Assembly: GCA_004022145.1 (NCBI GenBank) | Contig: RCNU01000026.1 | Length of the DNA stretch: 26,434 nt | Origin: Paecilomyces variotii | Taxonomy: Eukaryota | Reading direction: 5' to 3' (one strand) | Part shown: piece by piece, positions 11,902 to 22,695 of the stretch | Layout of the letters: every line of letters begins with the position of its first letter | How positions within the stretch are numbered: position 1 is the first letter of the stretch | The notes under the pieces: model-generated | Told to the model about the DNA's origin: nothing | The model's input: only the letters and a program-made list of their open reading frames with translations | Databases searched by the model: none | Position numbers and translations under genes: made by a program

Positions 11902-14170
11902 ATGCAACATTTAACGGAAGATGAAGACCACGTCCTGAGGACTCTCCGAGTCCTGATCGCTGACCTCTGCCAGCAGTTCAATGGGGGACATCCAGGGTAG
12001 AGTGATTTCTGCGTATGTAACATGACGAACATATGTCCTAATTCGTTCCTTATCTAGAGGAGCTATGGGAATGGCTGCGGTCGGGGTGGCATTATGGAAA
12101 TATGTTATGCAATATGCACCACATACTGCGGACTTCTTTAACCGTGACAGATTTGTTCTCTCCAACGGTAAAGACCAGAAAAGATGCCTTGCACTATAGC
12201 TACTGTATTAAATGCTGACGCGATGCCAAAATTAGGACATACCTGCTTGTTTCAGTACATCTTTCTTCATCTCACCGGATACAAACCCATGACTCTCGAC
12301 CAGCTAAAATCATACCACTCAGATCGTGCAGACAGCCTGTGTCCAGGACACCCTGAAATTGAGATCGAGGGAGTAGAAGTCACAACGGGTCCGCTCGGGC
12401 AAGGTGTCGCAAATGCAGTTGGTCTCGCTATAGCGACAAAGAATCTTGCGGCAACCTACAATAGACCTGGATATGATGTCGTGTCAAACCATACTTGGTG
12501 TATGGTGGGAGATGCCTGTTTACAAGAAGGCGTGGCTCTGGAAGCCATTTCGTTCGCGGGCCACCTGAGGTTGAACAACCTTACCATAATATACGATAAC
12601 AACCAGGTCACCTGCGATGGTTCGGTTGATTTGACCAACACAGAAGATATCAATGCGAAGATGCGTGCTTGTGCATGGGATGTCATTGACATTGGAGAAG
12701 GATGCTATGATATCCGCGGAATTGTCGCTGCTTTAAAACAGGCGAGAGCATCAATTCGGAAGCCGACATTTGTCAACGTCCGAACAGTCATTGGGGTAGG
12801 GACAGCCGTCGCAGGAGATGCCGTGGCTCATGGAGTGGCCCTTGGCGCGAATAACGTCGCGGAACTGAAAAAGGCATATGGATTCAACCCCGACGAGCAT
12901 TTTGTTATCAGTCCGACAATTCGCAAGTTCTTCGAAGACATCCCAGCACGAGGAGAGGCGCTGGTTAACAATTGGAGCAATCTTCTTGACAGATACTCTC
13001 AGGATTTCCCGGATCTTGCTGAGGAATTCCAGAGAAGAGTCAAGGGAGAACTACCCGCAGACTGGGATACGCTGGTTCCAACGAAGTTTCCATCGAAACC
13101 TACAGCTTCACGCGCAGCATCTGGGCTAGTTTTTAACCCCGTTGCCCAGAAGATCAGAACGTTCATGGTGGGAACTGCTGATCTTTCCCCGTCAGTCAAT
13201 ATGGCATATCCTGGAAAGACGGATTTCCAGCATGTGAGTCAATTGAAACATAAACCATGTCTAAGTTAAGGATCTGACATGAGTCCAGCCTGATCTGCGA
13301 ACAATTTGCGGAATTGACGGAAACTATGCAGGTCGCTATATCCATTATGGTATCCGTGAACATGCAATGTGTGCCATATCGAATGGAATCGCTGCATTCG
13401 CGCCCAATACCTTTATCCCCGTGACCTCGTCGTTTTTCATGTTCTACCTGTATGCTGCCCCAGCCGTGCGCATGGGTGCCCTCCAGCAATTACAAGTTAT
13501 ACATGCGGCGACTCATGATTCTATCGGAATGGGAGAAGATGGCCCGACCCATCAGCCCATAGAGCTGGCAGCTCTTTACAGAGCCATGCCCAACCTACTG
13601 TATATCCGGCCCGGTGATAGTGAGGAAACTGCCGGTGCCTGGATCGCAGCCATCGAGGCGAAGAAGACTCCTTCAATAATTTCGACTTCCCGACACGCTC
13701 TGCCACAACTAGCAAAAACTAAACGTGAAGGTGTCCTCCGTGGAGCGTATGTTCTCGAGGAATATCAAGGCTCCGAGGGCGCTGATGTCACAATTATTGG
13801 CGTCGGCGCAGAACTGTCTTTCGCTTTGGGAGTTTCTAAGGAATTAAAGGAGTCGAAGAATATCTGTGCCCGGGTAGTCAGCTTTCCTTGTCAGCGACTT
13901 TTCGAAGAGCAACCAGTCTCTTACAGGCGCGAAACGCTACGACGCCACAAGGACATCCCAGCTGTCGTGATCGAGCCGTATGCTCCTAATGGCTGGGAGA
14001 GATATGCTGATGCAGCTATTTGCATGACGAGATTCGGACATAGCCTTCCAGGGAAGTCTGCTTACAAGTACTTCGGTTTCGAGACAAGCAAGATGACAGA
14101 GAAGATATCCAGGTATCTTTCTGACATCAAAGAGGATGAGATTCTGAGGGGCGAGTTTGTGCAACTCTAA
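11902..14170 (+). CDS. Transketolase, dihydroxyacetone synthase (DAS)-like subtype
   Basis: Four exons: MQHLTEDEDHVLRTLRVLIADLCQQFNGGHPGGAMGMA...NRDRFVLSNGHTCLFQY...PGHPE...TTGPLGQG...GDACLQEG..YDNN (TPP-binding motif)...YGIREHAM...THDSIGMGEDGPTHQP. Confidence 0.95.
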
Positions 14171-14309
14171 TATTATCGCAAGGTGTTAATAACTGTGGAA
14201 TGATGAGATAGACATAACCATTTAGTGAATAGATATATGAGAAACAAATTGCAAAAGACCCCAAAAGAATTATCGTTCCAGTGGTACTTATTTAGTGCAT
14301 GGATGTGGT

Positions 14310-14334
14310 GTGGAGTGAATCTGCGGGGCTCCGC
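14310..14334. promoter_or_regulatory. Cluster of three CreA consensus sites (SYGGRG)
   Basis: GTGGAG 14310-14315, GCGGGG 14323-14328 and CTCCGC (GCGGAG on the minus strand) 14329-14334, ~150 bp upstream of the TF ATG at 14481. Confidence 0.45.
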
Positions 14335-14480
14335 GGGCGCCACTTTTGACTCAAGACCGACCGTATCTTGCTGGGTGCGTAAGTACAGTTTTGATCCACA
14401 CATACATACCTCAAGCTACGAGGCATCGCCGTACCATTAGGATTTCTGGGTCTCTTGTCGAATATGCCAATTGATAACCC

Positions 14481-15989
14481 ATGGACCGGTTATCGATGGA
14501 ACATAACAGACAGCAGAGATCATCCTACACTGCTCTTTCACGAGATGAACAATGCTTCGAATTCGAGAATAACCATGAACTTGCATCACCTCTAACTAAG
14601 ATAAACCTCGATCAATTTATTCAGGATCCGGTATACCTGCAGTCACAGGAGACACTCCGCTCTTTGCTCTTCAGTACCGCCCAATCCACGGTGCCAACTA
14701 GAGCTCCTAGTCCCGTACAGGATGGTCAACCCCATACTATCTCGTCTCGTGGTATTTTGTCAAGCAGAAAGAGAATAGAATACCTGAAAAACTACGTTGC
14801 AGAAGTTGCTCCTTGGGTACGTTATGATGCTCATTTGCTCCGAGGCCATTACGAGTTGTATTGGCTAACTGACACAAAAGCTTGATATGTTCGATATGCA
14901 GCGCACCTTTGGTATCAAGATTATGGATATGTCTCAGAACTGCCCTGCTCTATTCTATGCTATCCTGGCTCTTTCATCAAGGCAGTTGGAACGAAAGAAT
15001 GAGATTCGCGATGTTTATGACAGTTTGGAGCTCTACCAGGAAGCAATTCGCCTTGTTACCCCGCTTCTTCATGCTAGGCATCTGGATGCACTCATTGTGT
15101 GCGTGATTCTATGCTGCCTTGAGATGATGTCTGCCAGTGCCAAAGACTGGAGGCGGCATCTTGAAGGATGTGCGGCATTATTTGATACTTTCAACATAAA
15201 TGGGTTCAGTGGCGGGGTATTGCAGGCGGTATTTTGGTGCTACGCTAGGATGGGTAAGTCATAGTATCTACTGACCTTTAACTAATGGTCCGGTTCTCAT
15301 TATATACAGATCTGTGCGGAGCGCTCATCTCTGATGGCACTGAGAGTACGCTCCTTCGTTTGGAGAAATGGCTGCCGCCTGGGACGCACGAGAATAAAGC
15401 GCGGAAGCTGTTCTCCGAAGCTGGATCTAATGATATGTATGCAAATTATGCTGTATACCTTTGCTCAAAAGTATGCGATTTGATCGCCGATCGTACGAAG
15501 TACACTGAACTCGGTGAAGATAATGGCTGTTCCACAGATGTGTTCGCGGAACGGTGGATGCGACTATGGGACGATCTTCAACTATGGATGAGAGATCGCC
15601 CTTCTGGGATTTGCCCCGTTCATGAAGCCGAGGGCGAACCATTCCCACGCGTGTTATTCGTGCACTGGGGGGCGATATCCTCCACTCAACTCATCCACAC
15701 TGCATGCATCCTCCTCCTCGACATGACTCCCCATAAGGCGCGACTTCAATCGAGTTCCAGCACCTCGAAGCTGTGGCATGCAAAACAGATATGTGGTATT
15801 TCACTGGCTAACCCGCACCACGGATGCCTAAACAATGCATTACAGCCACTGTGGATTGCTGGGCGGCTTTTTAGCCATGAGAGGGAGCATTCTTTAGTGG
15901 TGAAACTGATCCGCAGCATCGAAGCTACGACAGGCTGGGGGACCTGCTGGCGCATTTGCGATCTTGAATGTACATGGGGTTATATATAG
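14481..15989 (+). CDS. Fungal-specific transcription factor domain protein (C6/ArcA-like family) with no recognisable Zn2Cys6 cluster
   Basis: Exons ~14481-14816, 14881-15253, 15310-15989: YLKNYVAEVAPW|LDMFD...LFYAILALSSRQ...WRRHLEG...AVFWCYARM|DLCGALI...WHAKQICGISL...LQPLWIAG...TGW. The start codon is uncertain. Confidence 0.82.
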
Positions 15990-16073
15990 CCAAGTACGTA
16001 CAATGCGAGACTATGGAAAACCTGATTATTGCCTAGGCATGATGACTACCGCTCGAATACCCTGGATGTCTCG

Positions 16074-18187
16074 CTAGTTACCGTCCGCAAGTCTCCAAGT
16101 CTCATGGAGCTTAGCCAGCGGATCGTGCATATCCCACCCCGTCAGTTCTTGGATACGAAGAAACCCTTTCTCTATTTCTTTCTGTTGAGACTCGTGGGTC
16201 ATCTTTCTTGCAGCAACAAACAATGATGCAACCAGCGAGGGATCCCAGCATTCACGGCGGTCGTTGTTTAGAGCAATACCGCATATGCGATGAGCGTTCC
16301 AGAGAGGAGACATCATAACATTGTGATTATCCATGGATTTTAATGTTCGTGGTCTGCGATCAAGAAGAAGACACATGGCGGTATGGAGCATTTGGTTAGC
16401 AAATACGGCCGCGGAATTCGTGAAGAGTATCATTGGAAATGGGTTGACAGTTTCGGCCATCTCTGGAGTTGAAGAAAGTTCGAGCATCGGCCAGAACCCC
16501 TGCGGGCGATTCTTGTACCAGTCACCAAGACTTGCAACTAACATCTTCCACCTCTCTACGAATTTCTCTGGGCCCGTTGGTTGGAGCGGTGATTCTGTTT
16601 CCAGAGTCGCGCTTTGGAGCTGGACAGCCTGCGCACAAAGAATAAGGATGTACTGACTATGACGAAACACGACATCCAAGTGCGATTGCATGGCAGCCGC
16701 TGGGGCATGGACGTTCGCGTGAATCGGAACTCGCAATGTCGTATTATTAGTGAGTGCGCTGCTAATATCTACACGGAAACTCAGCTCAGTCTCCTTGCAT
16801 TGTTCGCTGTCGGTAGGACTTACCTATTCTAAGAAGGAGGCCATAAACTGCAGCCATCAGAACTGGCTCCCAGGGATTGGTAGAGACCGTAACAACAGAC
16901 TCGATCTCTTTAGCAATCTTCATCCGTGTATCGGAAAGCCTTGATGAAAGATGATAGACTACCCTTAGCACTGCAGCCACTGTTCGGTGCAGATTATTGG
17001 TTGCTTTTTCTATGTTCCGATATGACTCGGAGATGTCTACATATTTGTTTGCATCTGAGCGAAAAGTTGAAGGCGACGAGTCTAGTGAAGCCAGGGACTT
17101 TGCGGAGACAGCAAGCAATGCGTAAAGCAGCTCTCGTGATGCCATTGCCATCCGCGAAACCAATATGCCGAAAGAGTGTGACATGTCATATATATCCAAC
17201 TACGGCAATTAGCATGGAAATACTCGTCATCTTCCAGTGAAACTCACCCACGGAGCAATCTCATAACGGAAATGCTTGAGGAGTTCGAGGACTTGTTCCG
17301 AGTTTGTGTCTTGCGCAGAAACAAGATTGCCGGAGGAAACAGCCGAGCTCATACAGGCCGCTGCGGTAGGATTTAAAGACAGACATGAAGTCTGCTGAAC
17401 CGATACAGATAAATTTATATTCTCTGTAGGATGAGTTTCCATAGTCGAGTGTCCTAGTGCGAGTAGATCGTGGACGGCAGATTCTTCGTAGTGCTCGCCA
17501 AAGGAACTCCGACTTGATAGTCCAGAGGGGTTTCGCAGTAGGTGACGTGGATCTAAAGAAGATCTTACATTCAAGCCAACATCTCTTATCTCTTGCCCTG
17601 TAGCTGGATGAAGGTGCGAGGTAAAGCCGGTCTGGGATATTGTATTTTCGCCGCTAAGCCCAATGCTTTCTGCATTCTGTGCCTGAGAGCAGCTCTTGAC
17701 GAATGGGCTGATATTTTCACCGTGGATATTCGCATTCTGGGGTCTGTCTGGAGGAATCTCTGCCACAAACTTCAATGATGTCAATGACTAGAACTTTGGT
17801 ATGGGATAATATTACTGCTCGAAAACGTACCTGCACCGAGTTGTATCGATGATTGTCGCCTTCATGTGCGGCTGTAGATTGATCTAGCGTGTGCGCATTT
17901 TTCGAGAGAAAACTCAATCGAGTTCCGTAGACACATTCGAGATTCCTACTTCTGCAGCTGTGGCATACTGGCCTCTCCTCATCGCCTATGTTGCGATCAG
18001 TCTCTCCCCCTTATCGTACCCGAAATGGGCTCGACAGAGGGCGTCCGGTAGAAACAATATGCCCCTCTTTGCGGGTCACAGTTTCGCAACGGCGGGGCTT
18101 ACACTTGCGCTTTCTAGCACGGCATCTCAAGCATCCTGTTCGTGTCCTCCTGCGGGTTTGTCCAATACCTCGATCCCTATCACACAT
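16074..18187 (-). CDS. Zn(II)2Cys6 transcription factor
   Basis: ATG 18187; the first intron splits the cluster RTRTGCLRCRARKRK|CDEERPVCHSCRSRNLEC. Later exons give HFRYEIAPW|LDIYD...LLYALLAVSA...WNAHRICGIALNND...CWDPSLVASL...LTGW; stop at 16074. Confidence 0.9.
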
Positions 18188-18342
18188 GGCCGATTACTGT
18201 AATGCTCGATTGAGTTGATGTAGGTGGAGAGTGATGATGCGAGGATGCTTATTCTTGCTCGAAAGGAACTCGGAAGGGGGACAGATCGGCTCTAAGACGA
18301 TTGGCTGTCGACCAAATTGAGAAACTTCTACTTAGCACCGCT

Positions 18343-18522
18343 CGGAATTGTCACTGCTTTAAAACGCGCAAGAGCATCAATTCGGAAGCCGACATTTATC
18401 AATATTAAATGTCCGAACAGTCATTGGGGTAGGGACTGCCGTTGCAGGAGATGCCGCAGCTCATGGAGTGGCCCTTGGCACGAATAATGGATTTGAAAAA
18501 GGCATATGGATTCAACCCCGAC
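18343..18522 (+). pseudogene. Decayed direct-repeat copy of an internal transketolase segment (source 12717-12894)
   Basis: Shares long exact runs with the source (agagcatcaattcggaagccgacattt; gtccgaacagtcattggggtagggac; gctcatggagtggcccttggc; tgaaaaaggcatatggattcaaccccgac), with one small insertion, one small deletion and several transitions. Confidence 0.93.
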
Positions 18523-18711
18523 TAATAATAACTAGCCAAAGCCACAGTTCGCTTGCCCGCTCCGCGATCTAAGTATCTTGGTGCCAAGAACTAGGTACCT
18601 ATACTATCTTTATATTCTGGTCTGGGCATTCCCACCTAGCTCCGACGACCTGTTTATTCTTCCATCTCACTTCAGCCCTCGCCCTAGAAATTCTCAACAA
18701 TACTACCCAAC

Positions 18712-19656
18712 ATGGTTGTCAATCCCAAAAAGAACTCCTTCGGAGACGAAATCACCGTCTGGACAGAGTTTCAGCTACCCAAGAGCGAAAAGTTCAGGGG
18801 TAAGAAATGGTCCGATTTCTTCCTTCTCATTCGGACGACACCTGGGCAGGGCTACTCCTGGTGGGGCCCGGTGCTAGAGCGTCAAGATCCTTATAATAAT
18901 ACTATGCTTCTGGTGCAAGGTATGTGTCCTTCCCAAACACGGATACCCAAAGCAAGAAAAATCGCTCAAAAAATCCTTTGATATTTAGTTTATGCATCAC
19001 ATGAGGCACTATTGCAATTTAGAGAATCGGACCAGTATGAAAAATATTGGTCAATCCTCTCGGAAGTCTCGGGCCCCAAGGTTCGCTTATTCCGTGCGCG
19101 CTCTCTAAGGCTTTTGACCTCTCTGAGAAAAGGCACTGCGCTAGTGACTGCCTATTTCCCGTGGCCTGTCAGCCAGTCGCAGAGGGAATCGGTCATTAAA
19201 CTCGAGGGGATCTGGGGTTTTGGTCTCGGGATGAGAGCAGCTCATCTTGCTCCTATGCATCATCCTTACAATATCAAATTGTGGGCAATGGAACCAGAGC
19301 AGAGAAATGGCCAGAAGGTACAGGCTATGGTCTGGTTGCATCCATGGAAAGATGCTGAGAAAGAGCGCAAACATAAAAGCCAGGAGGCTTTCTTCGAAGC
19401 TCTGCGTAGAAACATGAATAAGGAGGACTTGACAGGTATGGAGAAGGTCTATCAAGGACTAGAAGATACAGGAGCTATTGAGTACATAGAAGAACATTGC
19501 GCGTTTGAACTTATTCCCGATGTGAATGTGGCCAGGGATAGGTCACTGGACTCCGAAGGCAGTGATGGAGATACAAGTGTACATATTATCTTCTCTCTAT
19601 TTGCGTGTATTTCTCTGCTTTTATGTTTATGGCGGTTCTGTGCTAGCTTGTCATGA
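18712..19656 (+). CDS. Hypothetical protein, possible dimeric alpha/beta-barrel (ABM-like) fold, hydrophobic C-terminal segment
   Basis: Exons 18712-18919 and 18989-19656 join in frame (gtatgt..tttag). TPGQGYSWWGPVLERQD...LLVQVYASHEALLQFRESDQY resembles the fungal ABM-like pattern; the C-terminus is IIFSLFACISLLLCLW. Confidence 0.65.
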
Positions 19657-20158
19657 AAGAGTCACAATCTTTGCCGAACCATCCTCAAAACTCCATTTCT
19701 GTCCTCTGCAAGAAATACCAATATCCGACGCAAAACCAAACATGGTTTTCTGAGTTTCTATGAACGAGCTCTGTATAAGTATAACCTGCGGGGTTGCCAT
19801 CTCCAGGATTCCGATCGTCATATGAAGTCCATCCTGGTACTTGATTCTGGCTCCTCGTTATAAGACTGACGATCTCTTCATTAAGGTTAAAACTTACCTC
19901 GCCATTTGAATGTGATGATGTTATATATAACTTCAACAGAAAGCTTTTTATGTATTCACTGTAGAACATCCTGAAATTTTATCGAATCTGTTCCTGGCAT
20001 CTAACCTTATTTTCCCAACCGAGTCACCGATTGAAGTTTTATTCGAGTTCCTTATAGGTACCTATCTACAGAAATATTATATTTTTGGGGAAAATACACC
20101 TAGAAACCAGCATCAGGCGTCTTTAGTATTGTCAGTGAAAAAAATTATTTCCCAAAAC

Positions 20159-21651
20159 CTATTTCTGTGTCAAGTCAAGAAAATTAACGACCTTTCTTCC
20201 GGTGGCACTTCGATGAAACCCTCCATAATCAGGCAAATACTTCAAATCAAACAGCTCCTCGTTATTCTCAAACACCCTGAAAAATGTTCGCAATTCCTGC
20301 GTTAGCTCTTTCTCACCAATCTTACCCGGCCCATAGTCTCGTAGCAGACGCAGCTCAAGAACAATATCCAGATGATTACAGTCCCCTTCTCTGTAACGCC
20401 GAATAATCTGGTACTGCAAAATTCCCCACGATTCTGTTCTCATTTTGGCCTGTACTTGGGAGAATTCAAAATACTCCCCATACCAGTCAAAGCTGATTCG
20501 TCTGTCACGCCCATATATCCGTGCTATCCTATAGTGAGCTGCATCCTCAGGGGAAATCCTGTCCTTGATAATACTTGACAAAGAATGAAGAGAGCAGACA
20601 TCCCCACAGACATAACGGACAAGAGGATTGCGTAGTCGCTGTAGTGAAGTTTGAACAAGTAGGCCTTTTTCACCGTCAGGGACTGGCTGAAAATCGCGGT
20701 TGCTTGATTTGTTCGGATCCTCAATGGAAAAGGGTAAGACCTCAAGGTGTATAAGGCGATCATCGAACACAAAATCAGCGTAATTCTGATCTGCCGAGAT
20801 ATCTGTAAGTTCTACTGGCGAGGCACCCCATGGACCTGCCTCTGCACTGCCAATAACCGATGACACGGCTATGTTGGGAAAGACAGATTTCAGAAATCTG
20901 CGCTGAGACGGGGTCATGGGCTCGGATGTGTATAGGGCCTTGTCGACTGCCAACTGTTTCCTCTTCTCCTCCGGGAGGGTTGAAACATATCTGGCTAGCT
21001 GCGTGATTTGGCCTGCATCACCAGAAATTGCATTCACGCGATATTCAATGATTGTTTGGACAACCTGATCCTGCTCCATCTCACTTCCTGCACAGAGGAC
21101 TGTGGCCCCTGATCCTTCAAATACTTCGGCCATGAGATCCAGAGCTCTACTATTGTCAGCCTAGCTTTCCCACTTTGGATATTGGCACGCACCGATAGAG
21201 ATACCCTGCAACATGCATAGTCAACACCCAATCCCCAGGGCCCACGATGCCACAGGACCGCAGGAACGAGCCGAACACGGCTCGTTGCTGACGATTTTCA
21301 ATCGAATCCGTGGCAAAGACCATCGGAAGTCCACTTGCTGACCCTCCACCGGTTGTACTAATGTAGGTCCCTCGTCGATAACCATTCCGTGGGTCGCAGT
21401 CCGTGGTGAGTCGTGCAATCTCTTTATACCTGGCCTCGTTAGACGCGCGGAACGAAGAGGGGGCGAACTTACAATGTGTCTTTTCGAGTCAATGGGAATG
21501 ATGGCAACTTAAGCTCCTTGGGCGACTCTCTTTGCCTTTCCAAGATCATAGGTAGTTCTTCACTAGAAGGCGGGTATGTGTTATCAGAGTAGAAGGGATG
21601 AATGCTGGCTATTGCCAGCACATCGGCCATACAATAAGTATTATCGGCCAT
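20159..21651 (-). CDS. Adenylate-forming enzyme, phenylacetate-CoA ligase (PaaK)/F390-synthetase-like
   Basis: Three exons: HPFY...FPLTRKDTL|YK...YISTTGGGSASGLP (P-loop)...GYLYR|ALD...YTSEPM...GSAEAG...HLEVL...GLLVQTSLQRLRNPLVRYVCGD...IYGRD...RSATGRKV. These match the PaaK-type motifs PF, TSG, GEP, YGxxE, PxxRYxxGD, GR and the C-terminal K. Confidence 0.8.
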
Positions 21652-22695
21652 CTTCAGGTAGTCTGAATGAGGAGAGAAAGCGAGTAAAGGTCTAATTGAC
21701 TGTTAATATTTCCAATTAATTGTCTCGACCGCAGGGTATTTGTTTCGTTACAACTTACAAGTGAGGAAACGCCTGAAAACCAAGCGGGGGATTTTTTTTC
21801 TTGAGCGGTGAGCATTGGCCCCGCAGCCGTACTTGGAATACATCACAAGCTCAGCTTATGGAGTATTATAGTCAGGCACTGATACGCCGTATTATTCGAT
21901 ACTTTTGCTTTCAATTAGCATGTAGATCAAGGGATTGATCCCAAGAAAAGGGTAGTGGGTACCGGAGGATCCACGAGCTTAGATGCCCGCAGGGGCCCTG
22001 CTCGGTGATTGGCTCGTTTCATTGCCTACAACGATACAAAGCCCCAGACCGGACAAGCACATCCTGATATATCATAAAAGATAGAGACGTGTAATTATAA
22101 ATGGTGCGCAGTTAGCTAATACAAATACAGAGTGGAGAAAACTACTCCCCCAGGGAAACAACCACCGAAAGCCACAAATGCACAATTGCTCTGTGGCTGG
22201 CTGGAAAGGATTCTTAAAAAAGGGTTTCCGACTATCTACCTAAGTAGAGGGTTTTCTAGCCGCATCCATCCCGCCCAGCAAGACGAATAATAACCTAATT
22301 AATGGCCTGACTTCCATACAACAGAATTGTGATGTTATGGCCTGTGAAATCCATGTAATATCCAAGTCGTTCACCTTGTATGGTAATGCACTAAACCTAA
22401 CAAAAATATGGGCTTCAGGCGCAAATGGGCCACGGCCTGCGCTTGGTCTGGCATCTGCCAGGGAAATTTAATGCAAACCGACTGTGTGCTTCTCATCCGA
22501 GCCCGGTTCGTTGCAATATTAATAGTCCTCCTGGCACGTCTAGACATCCGAAGCACTGAGAATGTGTGCAGAGCAAATATTCCTGTTGTAATACAGTCCC
22601 GAGGTCAAGGAGAAAAGGAATCGCCCTTTCCATTGAACACATATTCTTGGATTTCATCTTCATTCCACTACGATCTCGTCCAGACTACACAGAAT

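Noticed and set aside
19685-19969. 94-aa minus-strand ORF between the ABM-like and PaaK-like genes
   Set aside because: No family motif recognised and it lies in convergent 3' regions; cannot be supported without a homology search.
21729-21994. CCGCAG(GG) three times in the divergent PaaK-like/ATP-grasp promoter
   Set aside because: Too short and too few to call a regulatory element from one sequence.
22408-22695. Upstream extension of the ATP-grasp ORF as given by the ORF track
   Set aside because: It reads like non-coding promoter/5' UTR sequence; the ATG at 22696 is the more plausible start.
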